A stretch of DNA of 61,095 nucleotides, the filler included, from Basidiobolus ranarum (Eukaryota), in NCBI GenBank assembly GCA_040143965.1. It is 12 parts of 12 records of this genome, joined end to end, with 100 filler letters (N's around TTAATTAATTAA, not from the genome) between each part and the next. Parts side by side here need not be neighbours in the genome. Positions count along the whole stretch, not along the records: positions 45,928 to 50,918 come from JASJQH010008629.1; positions 51,019 to 56,007 come from JASJQH010008630.1; positions 56,108 to 61,095 come from JASJQH010008631.1; 9 more parts are not named here. One strand, given 5' to 3'. Shown in pieces: positions 50,240 to 61,095 of this stretch; position 1 is the stretch's first letter; each line of letters begins with the position of its first letter. The position numbers and the translations under genes were made by a program. The notes below the pieces were generated by a model that worked only from the letters and a program-made list of their open reading frames with translations, was not told the DNA's origin and ran no database searches.

Positions 50240-51082
50240 TAAACTTTATTATGTTAGGCCAATATATGAGCAAGTTAATACTGCCATGGCTGAAGAGATA
50301 GACTGGAAAATCTGGTATAGGAGAATGGGTCATCTAGGAGCTGAAAATATGACAAATTTAATCAAAAACAAGATGGTTTTGGGACTAAATTTTGTAATTT
50401 AACCAGATCAGGAGCTATGTGAGAATTGCCTATATAGTATGTAACACAGACAGCCATTTATGGCCTCTGGAATGAGTAAACTTGACAAAAATTGGGCCTG
50501 ATACACTCAGATCTGTGCGGCCCAATGCAGACAAAATCCTTAGGCAGAAAAAGGTACTTTATGATTTTTATTCATGATAGGACAAGGTATATTTAGGTGT
50601 ACTTTCTGGCCAGTAAGGATGAAGCCTTTGATACCTTCCAGAAATTCAAAGCAATGGTGGATACTGAAACAGGTCTAAAGATTAAGATTAACCATACTGA
50701 TAACCCTAACAAAAATAAAATCGATTTGATCCGGATCGGATACACCCTCCAAAATAGCAAAACCGTCAGAGAACCGTCACAATATCGTTGGCTTGCATTC
50801 TGCCAGGGATTTTGATGATGTGACGGCGGTTTCTTGACGGTATCTTGGCGGTATTCATACATGTTAAATTATTGATCCTCAAATTTGGCATGCGTTATTC
50901 AATATCCAGCAATTTTAGNNNNNNNNNNNNNNNNNNNNNNNNNNNNNNNNNNNNNNNNNNNNTTAATTAATTAANNNNNNNNNNNNNNNNNNNNNNNNNN
51001 NNNNNNNNNNNNNNNNNNAAAGTATGACATTAACAAAGACATTGAGACACGTATCATATGCAGTATGAATAAGAAAGAACGA

Positions 51083-51978
51083 TTAGCGATTGAAGTTATA
51101 CAACTCGTCACACCATTCAGAAGTTGCCCCACACCACCCGAATTTAGAACAACAAACGCTTGGTGGACAGATGACCGCCACATCACCTATATACCCGCAC
51201 CGGGTATCAGTAGACACGACAGTTGGAATGGGCGAAGTTGCCGTCTGAGTAGAGGTTGTAGTGGTAGAGACGCTTGAATCTGTAGTGGTGGTAGATGCAC
51301 TTGAAGTGGTAGCGGAAGTAGTGGCGGTAGATGCACTTGAAGTTGTAGTGGAGGCGGTAGTGGTAGAAACGCTTGAAGTTGTGGCAGAAGTAGTAGCAGT
51401 AGATGCACTTGAAGTTGTAGTAGAGGGAGTATTTGTACCTGTTGATGAGGTAATTGCAGTTGTTGAGAGGGTGGGAGTAGTCACTTTGCTAGTGGATACA
51501 CTGGATGTGCCTTTGGTGGTATATTTTGAGGTAGTGGTTTTTGCCGTGGTTGTAGACTTGGTTGTGGTCCTAGTGCATTTGGTTGTAGAAGGCTTGATGG
51601 TAGTCTTCGTAGTGCATTTGGTTATAGTAGAAGGCTTGATATTCGATTTCACATAAGCAGGTGATTTATGATGAACTATGGGCTCACGGTAGTTGAGGCA
51701 TTGGGATTTACAACGAACTACACAATGGTCCTTAGTGTATCCGCACCTATATCATCAAATAACAGAAAGTCTTGTTTAACACTGACCGAAACATCACAGT
51801 ATCAAAAGCTGGAAATCATTACTTACAATCCTTCAGTTGAGCAGCATAGTCCTTGTGGGCACGTATATTTCACACCCTTGATGACTCCACACCGCTTAGT
51901 AGTGGTGATGATTGCTTGAACAATGGCTAAGTGCAAAAGAACTGCCACAAATGCGAAGACTTTCTTGGAGAAAAGCAT
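51083..51978 (-). CDS. Secreted chitin-binding protein, CBM18 - Ser/Thr linker - CBM18, about 271 aa (exons 51978-51827, 51746-51083)
   Basis: Signal [61 protein letters not shown] across a GTAAGT..TAG intron; C-terminal RCG...CPPSVCCSKFGWCGATSEWC. Confidence 0.9.
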
Positions 51979-52875
51979 GACTAAGAGATGATGGTTATTT
52001 CATATTCTACACTAGCTCTTATATACCTCTGTCCGATATTAAGCGGATCTTTCAGTAGCAGTTGGACCTCGATTAAAGCCAGACTAGTTCTAAAGTGTAT
52101 AATATTGGTCTCAAACTCCACTATATCTAACAAGTTGAATCTTGAAGCATTCTCCTTAGGTTTAGAAGTATCAATAAACGACCCCTAAAGAAGGAAGAGT
52201 GATTGGACCAGGAGGCTACTCTTGCGATGTATATCAGGATACAGGCTCAATATTTGCGGGCGCTAGGTATATATGATCCAGTTAAGCCAAGTGCTCATAT
52301 GATCTTCTTTTTAAGGAATAAAGTCTGATGAATCCATTTCTGACTACAAATTTCAACTGGGTTTATAGCTTTATTCGTACCCAAACTGAGTCAAGATCAC
52401 ATTAATCTATCACTAAATACTTGTATTGCAATTATAGAATAAGAGCACTATCTAGCCCAAGTATAATTCAGTTGGCGTATTTAAGAAATCTCTCTTTTTC
52501 GTATGGAATGATGGAGAGTGCCAACATACATACATACTTTTTTATAATAGAATGCCTCATATGGTAATGCACCATATAACTAGCTCTATTAGGCTAAGCA
52601 TGTGTCTTTCTTGGTATAAATGTAACTTCATCCCTTATATTTTTTATACTCCAGTTAAATAACACTATATGTCTATCATTAAAAGGTTTGCTACTTACAG
52701 AGTGCTACTTCAACTGCAATATAAGCTATCAAGAACCTAAGAAAGCAGGTATAAAATCTTAAACACGATTTAATGCATGCAAAAGTCAAAAAAATATCAA
52801 ATGGCTTAATTCTAAGACTTATGCTTGATTACTATTAAAAATCCATTGAATAAAATTATGAGTGAAAATCCGGCT

Positions 52876-53212
52876 TTAATAAATGATGACCATATAATCA
52901 AAGTATGACATTAAAAAGGATATCAAGACATGTATCATATACAGTATGAATAAGAAAAAAAATTCGCGATTGAAGTCATACAATCGGTCACACCATTCAG
53001 AAGTTGCCCCACACCTCCCGAATATAGAGCAACAAACACCTGGTGGACAGATTACCGCCACATCATCTATATACCCGCACCGGGTATCAGTAGACAAGAC
53101 AGTTTGAATGGGTGAAGTTCCTGTCTGAGTAGAGGTTGAAGTAGTAGAAACGCTCGAGTCCGTAGTAGTTGTAGATGCGCTTGAAGTTGTGGCAGAAGTA
53201 GTGGCGGTGGAT
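52876..53212 (-). pseudogene. 5'-deleted CBM18 array copy
   Basis: Only the end of the linker and C-terminal hevein domain remain, fused to promoter-side sequence GATATTAAGCGGATC; frameshifted and the stop is changed to GAA. Confidence 0.85.
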
Positions 53213-54045
53213 GATATTAAGCGGATCCTTGGTTGACAATTGTACCTCGGTTAGAACCAAACTAGTACTCAAGTGCATAGTATTGGTCTCAATCACCAAC
53301 AAATTCACCAAGTTGAATCTAATATACTGCACTATATCTAACAAGTTGAATCTAGAAGTATTCCCCTTGTATTAGGAAATATCAACATAGGACTCTTGAA
53401 GAAGGAGGAGTGATTAGACCAGGTGGCTGCTCTTGCCATGTATATCAGGATAAGGGTTCAATAATTGTAGGCGCTAGCTATATATGATGTAGTTCAACCA
53501 AATACTAATACGACCCTTCCTTCTAGAGAATAAAATCTGATGAATCATGGATCTCACATGATATATTACATTACAATACCTAGGTTGAAAGTGGGTTCAT
53601 ATTTGATCACAAATTACAACTGGGGTGGGAACTTTATCCGTGCCCAATCTGAGTCAAGATCACATTAATCTATCACTAGATAATCATATTGCATATATAG
53701 AATAGGAGTATGATCTAGCCAAACGTGAGTGCCAACATACATATGTATATATTTATATTAGAACCCTTCAGATGTAAATGCACCTTGTAACTAGCACAGA
53801 AAGTCTAAATATATGTCTTTCTTGGTACAAATGTATGTGTATGCCTTTCTATGTTTTCATTACTTCAATTAAATACTACTATTACTAAAAAGTATACTGC
53901 TTGCGGTGCTATTTCACTCAGTAATTACGTTCTAAAATGATGAGTGAAAATCCAACTTTAATCAATGATAAACATACAATCAAAGTATGACATTAACAAA
54001 GACATTGAGACACGTATCATATGCAGTATGAATAAGAAAGAACGA

Positions 54046-54941
54046 TTAGCGATTGAAGTTATACAACTCGTCACACCATTCAGAAGTTGCCCCACACCAC
54101 CCGAATTTAGAACAACAAACGCTTGGTGGACAGATGACCGCCACATCACCTATATACCCGCACCGGGTATCAGTAGACACGACAGTTGGAATGGGCGAAG
54201 TTGCCGTCTGAGTAGAGGTTGTAGTGGTAGAGACGCTTGAATCTGTAGTGGTGGTAGATGCACTTGAAGTGGTAGCGGAAGTAGTGGCGGTAGATGCACT
54301 TGAAGTTGTAGTGGAGGCGGTAGTGGTAGAAACGCTTGAAGTTGTGGCAGAAGTAGTAGCAGTAGATGCACTTGAAGCAGTAGTAGAGGGAGTAGTTGTA
54401 CCTGTTGATGAGGTAATTGCAGTTGTTGAGGGTGTGGGAGTAGTTGCTTTGCTAGTGTATACGCTGGATGTGCCTTTGGTAGTATATTTCGAGAGAGTAG
54501 TTTTTGCCGTGGTTGTAGACTTGGTTGTGGTCCTAGTGCATTTGGTTGTAGAAGGCTTGATGGTAGTCTTCGTAGTGCATTTGGTTGTAGTAGAAGGCTT
54601 GATGGTCGATTTCACATAAGCAGGTGATTTGGGATGAAATATGGGCTCACGGTAGTTGAGGCATTGGGATTTACAACGAACTACACAATGGTCCTTAGTG
54701 TATCCGCACCTATATCATCAAATAAGAGAAGGTATTGATTAACAATGACCGAAACATCGCAGTATCAAAAGCCTGGAATCATTACTTACAATCCTTCAGT
54801 TGAGCAGCATAGTCCTTGTGGGCACGTATATTTCACACCCTTGATGACTCCACACCGCTTAGTAGTGGAGATGATTGCTTGAACAATGGCTAAGTGCAAA
54901 AGAACTGCCACAAATACGAAGACTTTCTTGGAGAAGAGCAT
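54046..54941 (-). CDS. Second intact CBM18-linker-CBM18 paralog (exons 54941-54790, 54709-54046)
   Basis: Same structure as 51083-51978, offset by 2963 bp, few substitutions. Confidence 0.9.
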
Positions 54942-56107
54942 GGCTAAGAGATGATGACTATTTCACATTCTACACTAGCTCTTATATACCTTTATTCGCT
55001 ATGTAACGGATTTTTCAGTGATAGTTAGAACTCAATTACAACCAAACTAGTTCTAAGGTGCATAATATTGGTCTCATACTCCACTATATCTAACAAGTTG
55101 GAGCTTGAAGCATTCTCCTTAAGTTTGGAAGTATCAACATAGGACTCCTAAATAAGGAAAAGTGATTATATCAGAAGGCTACTACTCTTGTGATGTATAT
55201 CAGAATAAAGGTTTACTTATTGCGGGCGGTAGCTATATGCGATCTAGTTAAACCAAATACTAATATGAACTTTCCTTTTAGAGAATAAAGTCCGAGCTAA
55301 TGAGATCTTTACTTCTAGAGAATAAAATCCGGTGAATCCCGAGTCTAACGCAATACATTGCAATACAATAAAATGCTTGGCTTGAAAGTTGGTGAATTCA
55401 TTCTTGATCACAAATCATAACTGGATTGAGAACGTTATCTGTGCCCAAACTAAGTCAAGATCACATTACTCTATCACTAGATTCTTGTATTGCAATTATA
55501 GAATAGGAGTAAGATCTAAACGAAGTATAATTCAGCAGACGAATTTGACAAACCTCTTTCTTTCGTATGGAATGACAAAGAGTGTCAACATACATACATC
55601 TATTTTTATACTATAACGCCGCAGATAATATTGCACCTTGTAACTACTACCGATTGGCTAAATGTATGTCTGTCTCTTACCACCCTTTTGCTACTCCAGT
55701 CAATACTACCAAATGTCTATCATAAAAAGGCTTACACCCTACAGCCTGCTACTATACTCACTGATTAAAATATAAGCTATCGAAAACCTGTGAGACACGA
55801 TTTAGAGAGATAAGGAAATTTGGAAAGAATTTTCGTGCGTGTACATATAAGAAAGCAGGAACCGAATTTTGAACACGAATTTATGCATGCAAGAGTCAAA
55901 AAGTTATCAAACAGCTTCTGAAAATGTCCTACTCTTGTCTTTTATAGTAGATTATCGTTACAAGATCTATTCAATAAAATGATAAGTGAAAATTCGACTT
56001 CAAGGATNNNNNNNNNNNNNNNNNNNNNNNNNNNNNNNNNNNNNNNNNNNNTTAATTAATTAANNNNNNNNNNNNNNNNNNNNNNNNNNNNNNNNNNNNN
56101 NNNNNNN

Positions 56108-59100
56108 TAATTCAATACTTTGAAAAGTACCAGTTGAGGTTGGAGAGATGTGAGTTTTATTTGCTGGTGTTGTGGCTTGTTGAGAGGTGCCAGATATTGG
56201 ATAAACTTCCAAATTTAGGACACTTCCAACTGGTGCACCTGGCTCCATGGTAAAATTAAGCTTTTTTGTCAGTATATCTGATTCTGGAAATGCAGATCTT
56301 TGTAATGGTGTGAAAAATTCAATAAGTGAGACAATAGTGCCAACACTCACTGGCTCCTTTGTTTTTCCCTTGCATTTACTAACTTCCTGCTCCTTGAGTA
56401 CTTCTTTAGCTGCTTTTCTTTCTTTTCCAAGTTGATAATTGTGTACATTTTTGAGATGTTTCATGAATAGGCCTATACTAGCCCAATTGCCATTTGCTTG
56501 CCAAATCCAGGTTAAGCAACATAAAATAAGTTAGGAGCCTTCAGAAAAACACCTGGTTTTGGTTTTTCCACAATTGGCTCAAATCCAGGTGATTTTGGGC
56601 AAGACTCTGCAAAGTTTTGAAGATGTTAAGCCACTCATCTTCTGAGCAAGTGATGGCAGTTTAGACATTCAGAGTCTTTTGGTTTCCCAGCTTTCCTATG
56701 AGATTCCTACTTTCATGTGTGCAAGAAATTTCAGATTGTTGTGTAGGCTTAATGGTCCAACATATATTCCGTTCTGCTAGATTGTCACAGTGACATTCAT
56801 ATGTATGGTGTAGGATTGATTGAAATCCCATGTGAAAATGGATGGAAGGAGCAGCATGTTGCTGTGGCTCAAGAAAAGCATTCTGAAGGTCTTGTATCAT
56901 TGTTGAGTGACTCTCTAACTGTTGATTAGTTGCTTCCAAACACTGTATTTATTGCAATAATGCAGCATTATTACTTGTCACAGCCTGTATAGCAACTTTG
57001 GTGTTTTTACTTATGAATACATACAAATCATTACTGTGTTCTGCCTGCAATTTCCTTGTTGTAATAATTCTATCCAAACTTTCTATGAAGGGTTTTTCAA
57101 TAGTAGGCAAATAGACATTTTGGAAGTTGATGATCTTGATGATATTTCTGTTGAACTTTGCTCAACTGTTGATTCAATATGCAATTTGGGGATTACAATC
57201 TCATCACTAGCACCATTGCTGGAAAGAAACACATCTGGTAAATTGATTAATGGATAATAACTACTTCAGTTATCTTCCAGCCTGTTAATGCCTATCAAAG
57301 TGGATAGTGTATTGCTAGACTGCTCATCAATTAAGTCCTCTGTTCTTGCTGATTTTTTCCTTTTGTGCCAGCATGCTTTGGCTTGGAAGCCACTTTGGAT
57401 TTAGATTATGCATGCTTTTTGAATGGCATTGAAATTGTCAGATGGTAGACTTGGTTTAATGAAATTGCTTAGAAACAGCTCAAAATAAACCAAAATTGCC
57501 ATCCATTACCATGAATATCTTGTCAATCCCCTGATGACTCATCTGTGACACCATCTCAGAATCAGCTGATGATATTGATGTGCTCTACCTAAAATACCAC
57601 CCTTACATAGGAGGTGTTCTTTTTCCACAATATCCTTCTCATGCTGCAACACAATCATTTAAAGAAGCCCTGCTATTATTGTCTCAAATTCTTATACTAT
57701 GATAGCTGGAGGCTTCATAGAAAAAATAATCACAAGCTTGGTCACTGAACAAAGCCACTGGCTGCATAAAGCCTGATGAATATCAACATTAATCAGTGCT
57801 CAAACTCAACTTTAGTCTTGCCCACTGAGTCCACTGACTATACTTTGTCTCAAAGTTTTGGCAACACTGCCATAAGTCAAGATACCATGAAGCTACCACA
57901 GTTATATGACCTGAATGATGTAAATAGAAATGCAACTTTGGTTGGACCAGTAAGTCCAGACAACTTTGAGGATGTGCTGCTCAATGTTGACCTTGTTATT
58001 ACAGTACTGATGGTAGTATATCAGAAGTTGAAGAAAGAAGACAATGGTTTTGTCATGGACTCTTTGTTATTGGCAAGCATTAGTCCACTCATGACACTGA
58101 CAGTGAAGGAAGCAGCTTTGACTATTGAGGAGTGGAGAGATCAATCCAATATTGGCAACCAGGTGTTTATTGGTTTTCTTACACTTTTACCATAGTGGAT
58201 TGGCAACTGTTGCTTGTTGCAGCCCTGGTAGAAGTGAAAAACACTGGTCATTGACATGTCTTGTTATCCTTCTATAATTAAGCTATCTTCCTGTCAAAAA
58301 GGTTGTTTGGCTTTGACTGGTGATCTGAGAAACCTGAAGTCATATACTGGTTGCAAACAATTGGCAATCACTGAATCAGGTAAATATCCTTCACAGTTGG
58401 CTTACATACAATTGAATCCCCATCTTGCTGTTTTGATGAAATCACCCAAATGTAGATAATTGATCCATTACCAAAGTACTCACTGCAAAGCTGATGGTAT
58501 TACTGATATACTCAATAAATATTACAACCAGAGGCTGAAAAGTTTAGATTTCTTTGAGAACACACATGATCATTCATTTGCATTAGCTCTAGATGGTTTC
58601 TCACTAAACAAATATTTTATTAGAAAGACTTACTGGCCAAAAATTACAATAAGCTTGAATCTTTCTCCTTCTAAATGGTGTAAGAGTCATGATATAGTGG
58701 AACTTTCAAACATATCTGGACAATATCATCACCTATGGATAGCTGCTTGGAGCCTTTGATAACAGTGCTTGAATGGTCATCTCACTGGCTATAGATTAGT
58801 GAATAATTTTGTGATAGCTAACATCATTGTATGTATTGGTGGCACTCCAGCCATTAATACACTTGTAGGTTCTGTGCTCTCAATGGACCATCTTGCTGTA
58901 AATTTTATCAGATCAATGAAGTCTACTCTTACATGCATACACTATGCTACTATTTTAATACATCACCAACTTCCATGATTTTACCACTATGAACCCAGTC
59001 AGATATCTATATGCTCACTGATATCAGGTCACCAAATTTTTGGTCTAACATCAAACTTGGGATTAGCCATAAGCCTAAGATTATTTTGCAAAAGTGGATC

Positions 59101-60377
59101 TCCAGGAGCCAGAGCTTGCCATTAAGAACTATGCACTTACTATTCGGCAACATTCCAATACTACCTACTCAGCTATATAGATGAAAATTCAACATGATTG
59201 AGCTATTCAACACAGTATCAAAGTTTGAAATGTTGGGGAAAATGTTTGAAAGAATCAAGATACCATCATCTTTTAGCAGGACTTCCATCAATACCCACTT
59301 ATCTATGCATTTATTCATAAGCAAAGACTGGAAGTATTAGATTTCTACATATTAAAGTGAAATCTTCAAAAGATTTCTGCCTGATAACTATTGGCAACAT
59401 TGAGAGTTGTTTATGGATATTGTTAATATATTCATATGGCACAAGTTCCCATTGGTAGATCTCAGGCAGATACAATGACCATGCAAAGGATTTGTTATTG
59501 GATATGAGAAACTTTACTACAGGTTTAGACAAGGTAGACTGAATTTATGCCCATATTCTATAAATTCCTTGCTGCATCTTTCAAATGCATAGAGACTGTA
59601 GGTGTTTGCTATACATTCTGGGAATTCCCAATGGAGTGCAGGTGTAGTCAAATGACACTCTGTGTGAAATTGTCAGTATTACTGTTTGCTAATCTGATTC
59701 ACAATGTATTGGCAAATCCAGTGATGGATTTAATGCAATGGGTAAAGGAGATGCTAGAGTATATACTCATTCAAACAAAGGGCTCTTTTCAATATGATCA
59801 TGAATTTTTTCACTGGTTAAACACAATAACAACAACAAACTCTAATCCATGGACTCTGAGTATTTACTTTTACAATCCAGACTAATTTGTTTTTGTGATA
59901 ATCTGACAGTTTTTCTAGGAAAGCAGCAAGACAGACTTCTTAGTGAGATAGAATAACATACACAGTATTGTTGTTTTAGCCATGAGGTAATCTTTTCAAG
60001 CAATGACAAATCTGCTTGTGGCAGTACATTTGCTGACCACAAGTTGGGGATAGTTTGGCTGAATTCTTTACAGCAATTTGCCAAAATCCAAGAGCTTATT
60101 CTCATTGTGAATAGTAACAGAAGTCAGGTATTTGCTAAGTGTCAGTTCAGTTCCAAATTTCAGATATTTGGCAACTTTTCCACTGCTTGTTTGGTGGTAA
60201 AGCATACTGATGTTGTTGAATTACATCTGTTCAGACAAATATATGTATATTTAGAACCTAAATACAAGATTCTTGTACTTTTTGATACTCATTGTAGCTG
60301 GAATATAAAGCCTAAGATATCTAATTAAGCATGCTTATTATTTCAAACTCCTATAGTAGTAAATTGAATTATTTTTT
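56108..60377. mobile_element. Longest CACTA-family copy: ORF2 (-, 56108 to about 57650) and decayed transposase (+, about 57776-60330)
   Basis: ALDGF, YWPKI..LNLSP, CIGGTPA, MHLLFGNI, CYTFWEFPME; colinear with 46275-49089. Confidence 0.88.
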
Positions 60378-60544
60378 GTGGGAGAGGGGGAAGTGGGGTG
60401 TAGGTAGGTTACTTGCAAGCAATGCAAAGCTCCCCCCCTATCTAGGCCTCCTTGCCTTTCAGGAGGAGGCCCCCCACGGGGGGCATTTGGCAGCTGGTTG
60501 CTGCCTTGGCCAGGGGGCCTACTAGAAGTAGGTATCAATGTTTT

Positions 60545-60945
60545 TTGATTCAATAACTTCCGGCTCTTGACGGGCGATTAGTACATCTTCCAGATTCCAT
60601 TTCACCGTGGCATGGTGATCCACGATTACTAGCAATTCCGACTTCAGGGAGCCGAGTTTCAGGCTTCCATACCGTACAAAGTTGAATTTGGGCTCTGGCT
60701 CAAGAGCTCAAGGGGGCTCTAAATGCCAAAGGGGATTGGTTTCTTTCCCTTGTCTCAAAGGAATGTGGCACATCTGTAGCCCAATCGATTAGGGCTTGTC
60801 TTGATCCCTTTACTACCCGGCTAACTCAAGGGTAACCAGACAGTTGGAAGAAGCTCCGGTAACTGTCTGGGGGGGTTTTGTTCGTTAGCGCACTTAAGCT
60901 GAGATTTCACAACACGAACTGTCGACAGCCATGCAACGCCTGGTG
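60545..60945 (-). rRNA. rns: Fragment of mitochondrial-type SSU rRNA (3' major domain), probably a NUMT
   Basis: Minus strand has, in 16S order: CAGGCGTTGCATGGCTGTCGACAGTTCGTGTTGTGAAAT, TAACGAACAAAACCC, TGGGCTACAGATGTGCCACA, TGAAGTCGGAATTGCTAGTAATCG, GCCACGGTGAA, GTACTAATCGCCCGTCA. Confidence 0.85.
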
Positions 60946-61095
60946 AATCCTGAATGGTGTAGTGGGGTAGCATTGCTACCCACTGGCAGATTGACTTATT
61001 TCCACTCCAAGCTCATATCATTACTATTGCATAATTTCTATTTTATTATCCTTATTTGACTTACACATATTTTCTAGCCAATCATATCACACTAT

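Larger units (their letters stand above)
49090..50702 (+). mobile_element. Ty1/Copia 5' part inserted in the CACTA transposase
   Basis: LTR, PBS, gag start ENYNFW*FKMKILLEDRELWDVVSG, LKNVLYVP, WYRRMGHLG, IHSDLCGPM, HTDN; internally deleted and 3' truncated. Confidence 0.88.

Noticed and set aside
51261-51656. Val-rich ORFs here and at 54224-54619
   Set aside because: Antisense of Thr/Ser codons in the CBM18 linker.
61089-61095. CACTA pentamer as a transposon terminus
   Set aside because: At the contig edge with no partner TIR; expected by chance.

Overview
This window is not one locus. It is 12 unrelated contigs of about 5 kb, sorted by decreasing length (5014 to 4988 bp) and joined by 100-nt N/TTAATTAATTAA/N linkers, so neighbourhood only has meaning within a contig. 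The DNA is from an AT-rich, intron-containing fungal nuclear genome; gene content suggests an early-diverging lineage, but I cannot fix the taxon. More than half is decayed, CpG-depleted transposon DNA: a CACTA/EnSpm (Tnp2-type) family with a divergent second ORF, a PIF/Harbinger family whose TIR and TTA/TAA target can be read, and several Ty1/Copia remnants. Host genes: a KCTD-type BTB protein, prephenate dehydrogenase (TYR1, about 13 exons), alpha-tubulin (partial), a formate/nitrite transporter plus a deleted copy, a bacterial-type solute-binding protein (partial), a tandem array of secreted double-hevein (CBM18) proteins, and small secreted genes/pseudogenes. The most unusual items are a 282-bp solo LTR with a 5-bp TSD carrying a full 73-nt tRNA-like cloverleaf, and a mitochondrial-type SSU rRNA fragment with GC hairpins abutting a transposon. 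All calls come from reading the sequence by eye; transposon boundaries are approximate.
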